Shown: one piece after another, positions 53,791-64,000 of the stretch
Layout: every line of letters begins with the position of its first letter
Numbering within the stretch: the first letter of the stretch is position 1
NCBI RefSeq assembly: GCF_006345805.1
Contig: NC_042999.1
Span: 117,366,001 to 117,430,000, forward strand
Length of the DNA: 64,000 nt
Source: Octopus sinensis
Taxonomy: Eukaryota
Reading direction: 5' to 3'
Made by a program: the position numbers and the translations under genes
The notes under the pieces: model-generated
Databases searched by the model: none
What the model saw: the letters and a program-made list of their open reading frames with translations, nothing else
What the model was told of the DNA's origin: nothing

Positions 53791-53804
53791 TGTGTGTTAT
53801 ATAT

Positions 53805-54185
53805 TCTTTATTCTTTTACTTTTTGCAGTCATTTGACTGCAGCCATGCTGGTGCACCGCCTTTAGTCGAACAAATCGATCCGAGGACTAACTCTTTTAAA
53901 GGCTAGTACTTATTCTATCGATCACTTTTGCCGAACCGCTAAGTTAGGGGAACATAAACACACCAACATCGGTTGTCAAGTGATGGTGGGGGACAAACAC
54001 AGATACACAAAACACACACACATACACACACGCACACATATAGTTTCCGTGTGTCAAATTCACTCACAAGGCTTTGGTCGGTCCGAGGCTATAGCAGAAG
54101 ACACTTGCCCAAGGTTCCACGCAGTGGGACTGAACCTGGAACCATGTTGCTGGGAAGCAAGCTTCTTACCGCACAGCCACGTCTG
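53805..54185 (-). mobile_element. SINE family 1, full length
   Basis: Alignment to 61086-61507. Confidence 0.85.
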
Positions 54186-55217
54186 TATGTAATATATATA
54201 TCCCGACTTTTGTTAACAGTAAGCTTGTATACCTTTTTTGCGACTGTTTCCTTCCTTCTCTCTCGTCCTAATATTCCTTTTCTAGCAACTCTACATACTC
54301 TTTTCCTCTCTCTCATCTTCTTACACTTATTTGTAGACGTTCACCCTTTCTACCCCTGTTCTCACTCTCTCCCTTCTCCTTTCTCCCCTTCTATCTATTA
54401 CTCACACGTGACCGGTGATTGTTTTTCTATCTTCTGCCTTTTTGTCGCCGGACGCCTAGTGTGCTGTTCAAACTTTTTCTCTTCTCAAAATCTGTTCTTT
54501 TTGTCTCTTCTAAATTCTGTTCTTTATATCCATTTGAGGATTCTCTTAGGCGTTAGTCCATCATTTTGATGTTTGGTTCCAAGGCTTCATTTATTTATTG
54601 TCTTCGTCTTTCGTTTCAAATTACTGTTGTTTACTTTCGTACGTCCACCCTGTATTAATTTTTTTGCTCGAGCCCTAATACTCCGCAAATCTAGCGGGTG
54701 CCGCCGTTATACGAAGTATCTAGTCTTATCGTTAAAGGCATGAAACTAGGTATTTGTATTTTCGGTCGATAACTGACGAAATATTAGGGTTCTAGTTAGT
54801 GTCTGTCCTAATTGTCCGTTTTGTAGTACTTAAGGCATTTTTCCTTTGTGGAGTAACTGAACGCCACGCATCCCGAATTTGTTAACAGTAACGTGACGCT
54901 GTGTAGACATATGGAAAAACGCACATAGTTTGATGCGGCGCAGGACTGGCAGGAACTGGCTGACATCGGTGCGGGTCTCGAATACGTCGCAGTGGAGCGT
55001 GAAGAGGGATCCTCTACCAAGGAGTGAGCGCTCGGAAGCGGACAGGGGGTGGTTGGGTGGTATAGTGACAACAGCGCGTGGGAACAGAGTGGTGGGGTCA
55101 GTGGGGTCAGGAAGAGGGGTGTATAGGTGTGGGGAGGAGGGTTGAAATGGGTAGGTGGAGATGGGGTAGGGGTGGGAAGGTCAGGATGAGCGTGTGCGTG
55201 TGTGGAGGGTGTAGGGG

Positions 55218-55257
<40 letters not shown>

Positions 55258-55262
<5 letters not shown>

Positions 55263-55745
55263 GAAATTTATAGAAAAACAGAAGACGATGACAAGTGTAT
55301 GAACAACAAGCAAGTGTATTTGTTTGATGCTCGGAAAAATGTAAAAGCCTTTTACGCTTCGAGCTACGTTCTTCAACAGAAAGGAATAACAAAAATAAAC
55401 AATGAGAGAATGAAAAACACTTATATATTTCAGCGGTTTAACATGGCGAAAGATTGGAAGAAAAATAGGTTGAAAGAAAGAGAGATAATAATAAAAAAAG
55501 AGGTTGAATGAAAGGGAGATAATAAAGTGTAAGTGATCCAAAGAAGAGGTGTGCATGCCTTTGTGCGTGTGAGAATTGTGTGTGTAAGTGTGAAAGTGTG
55601 TATGTGTGAAGATGTGCGAGTTACTCTGACATGTGTGTGTGCGTGTGTAACGTGTGTGTATATGTTTGTGTGTGTAATAGAACGTATAATAGAACAGGAG
55701 GAGTAAGTGGTGGAGAGGGAGTAAGTGAGAGTAGGAGTAAGTGAC
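55258..55745 (-). mobile_element. (TA)n-associated element with hammerhead motif (55348-55384)
   Basis: CCUUU-CUGUUGA-A-GAAC(GUA)GCUC-GAAGC-GUA-AAAGG; stem I CCUUU/AAAGG. Confidence 0.55.
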
Positions 55746-55916
55746 ATTCTTAGCTGTAGCTGAAAAACACTCAGCGATTATTCATATTTATTTTGATATT
55801 TTCCTTAGACGATATTTCAAGTTCGGTAGCGGAGTATTTTGCATTAATTATTTGGTTTTATTTGCTAACTTAAGAATTTATAGCAAGCTCTTTCAAATCA
55901 CAACGATTGCAATAAT

Positions 55917-56258
55917 AACAAGAACATTCAGAGAGTGCAAACCTCCGCCAAGGCAACACAAAGTCCTCTCAACGATTAGCGAGATATGATTTTAAATAAA
56001 CTCGACTGCTCTCACAAACGAGAATACTAAAACTGAACCCAACTGTTCTCAAAAATTAAGTAGAAAAACAGGAAAAATAATCCAGAATCCTTGTCCGGTA
56101 GCGGATCGATCCTTAAATCTTATCAGTTCGTGCCAGTTACGAGGCCAAACATACCTGAAAGTTTCATCCGAATCCATCCAGCGGTTCTTGAGACATCTTG
56201 TCCGCGGACAAAGAAACAAACAAACACAACTGAAAACAACACTCCGCCTTAGGCAATC
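55917..56258 (+). mobile_element. Helentron-associated (DINE-1/HINE-like) non-autonomous element
   Basis: Starts aacaaga...acctccgccaaggc, ends actccgccttaggc, internal (AAAC)n; second partial copy at 3150-3312. Confidence 0.6.
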
Positions 56259-57049
56259 ATACACTTTTGTAACCATCGGTAATAACTGGAAATATGACAT
56301 ACAGACAAGTATTATAATTTCACTTTTATTAAATTACCTGCAGTATATTTCTAGATTAATAAAATACATGAATCATACCCATCATGTGATGGATTACACG
56401 CTAGTTTATCAATTAAATATACACTAAGCTATACGCATTCAAATGGGTTCATTCTAGAAGTGCACTTAATGTTTATGCTACCCAATTTTCATTTTCAAAT
56501 GAATAAAACTTATATATTTTCGTAACTCTTATGTTTTTGTAAACATTCACTTTGATTACATTTTCCTGTTTTAATGTTTAACATGTTGTTCCTTATTCTC
56601 TTAAAAGTATCGTGTTTTGAAAATTATTTCAATTTCAATGACAAAAAAAGGAAAAAGAAATGTATAGATTTTCATGTTCTTTTAGATGACTTGTGGTTGT
56701 GAGCAGGTGTATGAAAGAGATAAATAGATAAAGAGAGGGAGAACGAGAGAAAGAGAGAGAGAGAGGGAGAGAGAGAGAGAGAGAGAGAAAGAAAAGGAGC
56801 GCCTGTGTATATATACTTTTACGTTTCTATATGCGAATTGTTATGTATGAGTATTTTTGCATGTGGCTGTGTACATGAATATGTATATGATGTAAATTTC
56901 AAAGTGAAATTAAAGTAACATTTGAAAATGCAGACTTCAGATTTTAACATATACACTGAACCGCAAAAGAAATGCGATTTTTCAAATGTCATCTTTATAT
57001 GGTAAATTCTGAAAATTTATTTGAGGATGTCAGTGCAAATATTCCAAGA

Positions 57050-58075
57050 CATGCTGGTTTATGGCTGAGACCCAGATTGCAGGTAACCTTTCAAATTTCC
57101 CTGAAACGAGATGCCAAAACGCAGCTGCGTCGAATGCTGTGGCTGGCAGTCGCAAACAATTGTCAGGAAAACCGATATGCACGTGCATCTCGTGGAGGTT
57201 ATGGGTAGAAAAATCTAGCATTCGCAATTTGCGCATCTGTAATCACTTACCGACAAACCGTCGTGTTTTGCCTCGATTCGTGGCTATGCAAGCTGGAAAG
57301 ATTGCTCTTCCGCTTTTTGTGGACGGGCTCTATTTGATGTCAATAACCGCTAAAGGGTGGGCTAGGGATGCCATGGCAAATGATGCGCAGGCATGCGCTG
57401 AGGCTGAGACATCTTTGGCGCTACCTGGATAGTGAGCGGGTGTGCTCTCGTCCAATTGTTACTTCCTGGTTTCGGTGAACTGGAACCTTGGATTAAACGC
57501 AGACCAAAGCTGGAAGCGTGGCAAGCTGAGTGTCGTCAGGCACTGGCGCTTCTCTTCTGGACGGGTAATGCGGCATCGAGGATTCCACCTCGTCATTCTA
57601 CAGAGTGTTGGTAGAAGCCAGGTGTGACGACGCTCTAAGGGGTAACCCTGGGCTTCGATGGTGGTCAACTTGCCAGCCTGTTCCGAAGAACATTTGGGCC
57701 AGGGCCTATGGATAACTTCCAAAAGTCCCTGCCTTGGTAATGTTACCGAGAAGCCTTACCAGTTCGAGATAAACTCGCCAGGCACAGCTCTTCATGCTCG
57801 CCCACTTGCCCAAGATGCGAGCAGAGCAGTGAAACTGTCTTGCACGCAATTGTGCAGTGACCGAAACTTTCGGAAGTGTGGGTTTAAGTTGAATAACTGC
57901 TGTCACGTTTGGGAAGCGTACAACTGTCTTCCGAGTTTATAATAAAGATTGTTCCACCGACCTCGCTGAACTGGGAGGGGGAAGGTCTGTTTTGTCTCTG
58001 TAGTGGTTGTGGTGAAAGAGGCAGTGTGGAGAACATCCATGGAAGGATTAGTAACAGGCGTCTTCATCTCCAGCA
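57050..58075 (+). mobile_element. L1/Tx1-clade ORF2 3' fragment (decayed)
   Basis: FRFLWTG...PLKGGLGMPW...LRLRHLWRYL; REALPVRDKL...CPRCEQSSETVLHAIVQ*P (CCHC). Confidence 0.75.
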
Positions 58076-58077
58076 TT

Positions 58078-58316
58078 GGTTTACTCTTTACTCTTTTACT
58101 CTTTTACTTGTTTCAGTCATTTGACTGTGGCCATGCTGGAGCACCGCCTTTTCTTAGTCGAGCAACTCGACCCTGGGACTTATTCTTTGTGTAAGCCCAG
58201 TACTTATTCTATCGGTCTCTTTTTGCCGAACCGCTAAGTGACGGGAACGTAAACACACCAGCATCGGTTGTCAAGCAATGCTAGGGGGACAAACGCAGAC
58301 ACACAAACACACAAAC

Positions 58317-58347
<31 letters not shown>

Positions 58348-58508
58348 CATATATACGACAGGCTTCTTTCAGTTTCCGTCTACCAAATCCACTCACAAGG
58401 CATTGGTCGGCCCGGGGCTATAGCAGAAGACACTTGCCCAAGATGCCACGCAGTGGGACTGAACCCGGAACTATGTGGTTGGTTAGCAAGCTACTTACCA
58501 CACAGCCA
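58078..58508 (-). mobile_element. SINE family 1, near full length
   Basis: Alignment to 61086-61507; (TTTTACTC)n-type tail. Confidence 0.88.
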
Positions 58509-58712
58509 GATAAACTTTTTTTATTTTCCATCTTAAAAAGGAAAATAAGGCTGGATAGGAGACGCTTGCCACTCAGTATATATAAGAAAAGATGGAAGAA
58601 AGTGGCAAGCATGTTGAGAGTGACTGTGCCTGCTTAAGGGAGAACATAAAAGACTTACAAAGGGTTCAGTGATGGAACGGGGTTTGTGGAGTCACACCCG
58701 TCCCTCACTCCC

Positions 58713-59540
58713 TCATTATCATCCGTTTATTATATGTCATCATAAAATAAAACTTTTAATTAATCTTGTCATTTCATTAGATCCCCCGATCGCTTTGTCA
58801 GTCCTCTCTTTGTTTTAACCGTTATGGTAAATAAAAAAATCACTTCGCAAATTAGACGTCGTGTCATTCATTTCCATCACTTTGTGTTGGATTTGTCCAT
58901 TTTTACCGGTGTGTATATTTGCTTTTGAATTACTATTGAATTTTATTGTTGAATTTTTTTGTTATCATGTTTTTATAATACTCGTTTTTTCTGCTTTGTG
59001 GCAGAATTGTTAACATTTTCCCCCTTGTTTGAAGGGGGAATTATTGAAGCTTTTGTTCATTACGTTATGCTCAAGTGTCAGCTCGACTGATGTCGACTCT
59101 TCTGAGGAGTACGTTGAAAAACTGAACCAGGAAATGTCGACCAGAAATGATTCGGAAACTGTGAACAAGTTAGCGGAATATCGAAGAAGGAACTTAACAT
59201 AGTAAAAAAAAAGAACTTGATTAATTCAGAGAACTACTGCAAAAGGAGGGGCATGAAATTAAATTGACCCCTACCCCCAGTGAAATGACGCACATTGCTA
59301 CAAAGAAGAGCATAATTTTCAAAATGTTTGCAGTAAAACAAAAAAGGTTGGATATGGTTCCGAAAGGACAAGTGGAAAAATGTTTAAGGCATCATTATCA
59401 TCTGTTTATTATATATCATCATAAAATAAAACTTTTAATTAATCTTGTCATTTCATTCGATCCCCCGACACCTTTGACTGTCCCCTCTTTGTTTTTACCG
59501 TTATGATAAATAGAAAAATCAATTCATAATTTGGACGCAT
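58713..59540 (+). repeat. ~145-bp diverged direct repeats (58713-58858, 59392-59537)
   Basis: cattatcatc.gtttattatat.tcatcataaaataaaacttttaattaatcttgtcatttcatt.gatcccccga in both. Confidence 0.8.
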
Positions 59541-59544
59541 TAGG

Positions 59545-60190
59545 TATGACCTGATTGTTAGCAGCGCAAAGAGAACAAGCTATCGGCCGATTGCAAGCAA
59601 GGCAGCGTGCCCTGGTTGTTGCGAAAGCTTACAATGTCCATCTATTGTCTGCAACAGCGATACAACAACACCAACTGCACTGCAGACGGTTCCTGCAGAG
59701 GGCACCTGCGGATGATCACGCACCGGCAGGACCGCTTTATCCATCTGCAACACCTCCATGATCACCTCAGACCGGCCAGCGCGACGGCTCACGAACAACG
59801 TCGCATTATACAGCGACCCATCAGCGACGACACGGTACAACGTCAACTGGTCGCCAGCAACCTGCATTGCTGTCGTCCTCTTCTAGGGCCCGTCCCCACC
59901 GCCCGCCACGGTCAGGCACAACTACAGTGGGCAACACAACGACGATATTGGCAGCATCAACAATGGAGGTCGATAGTCTCTGACGAGAGCTGGTACTACG
60001 TTTCCAGCCCAGATAGTTGAGTGAGGGTTGGGCGTAGGAATGGTTGAACGCTACGAGTACGCAAGTGTCATGGAGAGAGATGCGTGGGTGGCCAATGCAT
60101 CATGGTTTTGGGTGCCAGAGGCCTGAGTCAGAGAAGTGGGCCCTATGTGTTCCAAAATTTTGTGCAGGTAGAGGGAATGGCATCACTACA
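59545..60190 (+). mobile_element. Decayed Tc1-type transposase
   Basis: QREQAIGRLQA, G..R.IT.RQDRFI, ISDDTVQRQL, RPLLGP.PTARH...LQWA, W.SIVSDES. Confidence 0.8.
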
Positions 60191-61085
60191 TTGATAATTG
60201 CTGCTGCTGATAATTGGTTGCGTTTTTAACAAAATACATCTGTGATAGGTAATTTCTCAAGGCAAATAGCACAGTTTATAAAGTTTTCAACTATTCAAAC
60301 TTTGAAGTATGTAAACATACACACACACACACTCACGCACACATAGACACACACTCTCATATATATATACTTCCAAATTGAAGGAGTGGAACAGGTAAAA
60401 TCCGTGCTACATATGTTCCTAGCTAACAGATCCTTTGATGCAACGAAGGGTGCTCAACTAGCTACCGATCAAGCCGAAGATACCTTAATTATATGAAGGT
60501 TACATTGTCGTTAAGGGATCCCAACTCGCCGAAGATATAATTTGAAATGAGTGTTGAATCCTGAAGGACAGAGTAAAACAAAGAAACAAAAAAACAAATA
60601 AAAAACAAATGTTTGAAGAAACAAAATGGTCAGTAAATAAGAAAAGGGAAGGAAGAGGTCAAATATATAGGAGTGGGAAATTCTCTGAAGTTGTTAAGAA
60701 TAATGAAAACGAGGGGAGGGGGAGGGAAAATTTAGTGTAGACGGTAGCTGACTTTAGGGAAAAGGTCTTTGCAAATATTAAGGTGGGATCACTTCACTAG
60801 GCCAGAAATCAATGGAGTAACGCCACAGCCGTTCACCACGTCCCACGAAGTTTCGGACTCAGAAGTCAGCTATAAAATACACATACACATCATATATACG
60901 TATAATGCATACATATGTATATGTTATATATATATACATACGTACCCCACCGCACACACACACATATTCGTACACAGTACTGTATATCCGGTTTCTTAGA
61001 ATAATTGCATCATGTCCGTAGGTTTGGTCATGTCGATTTCAAACAACCTCACTCTCTATTTTGTGAATTTAATATGTTGACCCTA

Positions 61086-61507
61086 TACTCTTTACTCTCT
61101 TTTACTCTTTTACTTGTTTCAGTCATTTGACTGCGGCCATGCTGGAGCACCGCCTTTAGTCGAGCAACTCGACCCGGGGACTTATTCTTTGTAAGCCCAG
61201 TACTTATTCTATTGGTCTCTTTTGCCAAACCGCTAAGTGACGGGGACATAAACACACCAGCATCGGCTGTCAAGCAATGCTAGGGGGACAAACACAGACA
61301 CACAAGCACACACGCACACACACACATATATATATACATATATACGACGGGCTTCTTTCAGTTTCCGTCTACCAAATCCACTCACAAAGCATTAGTCGGC
61401 CCGAGGCTATAGTAGAAGACACTTACCCAAGGTGCCACGCAGTGGGACTGAACCCGGAACCACATGGTTGGTAAGCAAGCTACTTACCACATAGCCACTC
61501 CTGCGCC
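61086..61507 (-). mobile_element. SINE family 1, full length (best-preserved copy)
   Basis: tRNA-like head, CCTTGGG core, internal TA/CA tract, CR1-like 3' stem-loop and (GAGTAAAA)n tail. Confidence 0.9.
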
Positions 61508-61835
61508 TATGTGTATGTTAAAAAAATAAACTCAGCATTTTCGGATAATCAGGAAATTTCATTTCGGAATGTACATTCTGTACACATTCATGTACACAGG
61601 CACATATAAAAACATGTACACATTTGCATAAAGTAACACAAAAGCGCACGTGCGCGCACCCCTCACACGCACGCACACAAAACTTATAAAGGGATGGAGA
61701 GATCTGGAGGAAAAAGTAACAAGATAATGTAATGATTATCTCCAGTGATTTTTTATATTTAAATCGAAATTTAAGTTGACGCTGATGCTTTCCACACTGT
61801 CTCCACTGAATGATAGATAATGCTTTGCATTATAT

Positions 61836-62067
61836 ATTTCTTTACTGCCCACAAGGGGCTAAACATAAAGGGGACAAACAAGGACAGACAAACGGATTAA
61901 GTCAATTACATCGACCCCAGTGCGAAACTGGTACTTTATTTATCGACCCCGAAAGAATGAAAGGCAAAGTCGACCTCGGCGGAATTTGAACTCAGAACGT
62001 AACGACAGACGAAATACCGCTAAGCATTTCGCCCGGCGCGCTAACGTGTCTGCCAGCTCGCCGCCTC
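61836..62067 (-). mobile_element. SINE family 2, full length, 16-bp TSD
   Basis: ggcggcgagctggcaga...gagttcaaattcc B-box; TSD atgctttgcattatat at 61820-61835 and 62068-62083. Confidence 0.9.
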
Positions 62068-63279
62068 ATGCTTTGCATTATATTCACTGGAGAGATATAC
62101 AATATTTACTGTTAGAAGTGGTTTGTAATTATTGAAATATGAATAATTAGACACTTCAAAGTTTGTCACTTGTACTGGAAAATGTATTGTACTGATGTGA
62201 CTTACAATTGGAAGAGAATGTTACTCAATACTAATATGAAATTGATTGAAAAGATATCAATGAACCGCTTTGATATCAACACACCTGTGACCACCCTTAA
62301 TTTTATGATACAAGCTTCCTACTTTAAAGTTATCTAAATTAAAACCATTCAGGAATGTTTCATGTTTATTTACTTTCCAAATATTAGGTTAATAACGACA
62401 CGAAGTTATTTTACTAAATTCTTTATTTTTTAAATTAACGGAAACAAATAGAGTTGCATTTATCGCTTGTAAGCGAAATGACTGACTGTTAGGAATTGCT
62501 GCAGGATTTTGAAAATGAGAGGGTATTAGTAAGATAACCTAAATTGAATTGAACTTTAACTGAAATGAAGACGCAACTGTAATGAAATGTTATATTAATT
62601 GATAATCATAACTTTGAGCGATTGGTTTGAAGTAGAAGTTTGACCTAAACCTGAATGAGAACGTATCAAAAATTTGAAAGGTCTGCCCGAAGAGATGGGA
62701 ATAGGTATTGAATGGCAAGAACTGGAAAACGATGGCTGGAAATGGAGTAGAATATATTTCCTCTAAAGTTATGAATAAATACTATTGCAACAATCACGAG
62801 AGAATCATTGTGTATGAATAGAGTGTAGTGGTATGTTCTTTCGAAAACTGGAAGAAACCGTCATTGGAAAGTTGAAAGGACTGGCTTGAAGAGACCAAAA
62901 TATGTTTTAAAAGAAAGGCTATGCATTTCCGATCACATAATGAATAATTGTTATAACTATAATGTACAAATGTGAAGTATAGCGTCAAACGCTGAAGAAA
63001 GGGGTTTCAGTTGTGATAGTCCTGTTTGTTTTTATATCACTATCTAAATATTAATATGCTAAGGCCCAATGCATTGCGCTGTGACATGATTAGTTGAAGG
63101 GAGAGGTGAAGATTGAGATAAAAAGAAGCAGAGAGAAGTGATAACGTCCTGCTTTAGGAAGAAAGTAATAGCTATTAGTAGTTAAAAAGTTAGTTGTAGG
63201 GCGGGATATATATAGAGTGTTAGAAACACAATGTTTAGCAGAAGTGCGAAGTTCTTGTAGTGAAGTTAAAGTAGTGTAG

Positions 63280-63317
<38 letters not shown>

Positions 63318-64000
63318 GGGGGGTGAACAGTTATATTAAGAGTGAGAAGCAAAGAGAGAGAGAAAGAGAGAGCAAGTGAGTGTTGACTGAAAGGAACGTA
63401 GGTATGGAAAGCAGTTACTTGGTCTTTAAACGTAGTATAATAGAATATTGTGAGAGACGATAAAAATAAAAGTAAAGTTGTTACAGGTTTTAGTGTTCAA
63501 CCGTTTCTATCATATATCTTCAATCTCTCCATATATCTATGTGTATAGGTTGATTAATTGACGGGTAGAAGATAGAAAGATAGAAAGATGGGTGGCTAGA
63601 TATATCAACGCATAGGTTAATCAAAGTGAAATAGCCGTAGCAAATAGCTGAGGGTGTCACTTTTATCTTTTTATGTGTAGCATCCTTAAAGGCCGAGGCT
63701 ATGCAATTATCTAATTTATTTTTGCTTTGTGTTATTTGGTTTCAATGTTTAGCCGTTTTATTTTTTGGAACAGACACCTACACCAAGAGAAATGTAAGTA
63801 GAATATCATAGATAGACAGATAGAGCGTTCCTTCGGTATGGGTATATAAATACAACAAGAGGCTCCCAAAAAGGAAAGCCTTGTGCTAGAAAGAGCAGTA
63901 GAAAGCTCAAACCAACAACTAAGGATAAATTCTCGAAAGGAATGAAAATTAAAAAAGATTTAACATCTCAATTATTTCCCAGACCATGGTTTCTAACTAT

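Noticed and set aside
54686-54758. Hammerhead-like layout caaa...gtgcc...ggcat-GAAAC-UAG-GUA-uuug
   Set aside because: CUGANGA box is unrecognisable (UCUAGCGG); too degenerate to call
57880-57900. TGA at conserved Cys/Trp positions in decayed ORFs (near 57858 and 16770) as possible selenocysteine recoding
   Set aside because: Both ORFs have many other stops and frameshifts; ordinary decay explains them

Overview
A 64-kb AT-rich, microsatellite-dense eukaryotic window made up almost entirely of transposon debris. The SINE families look like those of Octopus (cephalopod) genomes, but that assignment is recognition, not proof. I found no convincing host protein-coding exon. Contents: (i) a head-to-tail stack of R4/Dong-type RLE non-LTR retrotransposons and a ~500-bp non-coding element nested in (AAT)n tracts (1-1025, 3313-10230); (ii) CR1-like, RTE-like and L1/Tx1-like LINE fragments; (iii) degraded piggyBac, MULE, hAT, Tc1 and Helitron/Helentron-type DNA elements; (iv) three families of tRNA-derived SINEs, one sharing its 3' end with the CR1-like LINE; (v) a tRNA-Gln pseudogene; (vi) Penelope-like elements (PLEs) with GIY-YIG domains and at least four sequence-distinct families of minimal type-I hammerhead ribozyme motifs. 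The most notable structure is a young-looking 4.6-kb PLE insertion (26780-31394). It has a ~1.1-kb inverted repeat, three hammerhead copies, and an internal junction 3 nt from the predicted ribozyme cleavage site. All alignments and folds were done by eye, so boundaries of degraded elements are approximate.
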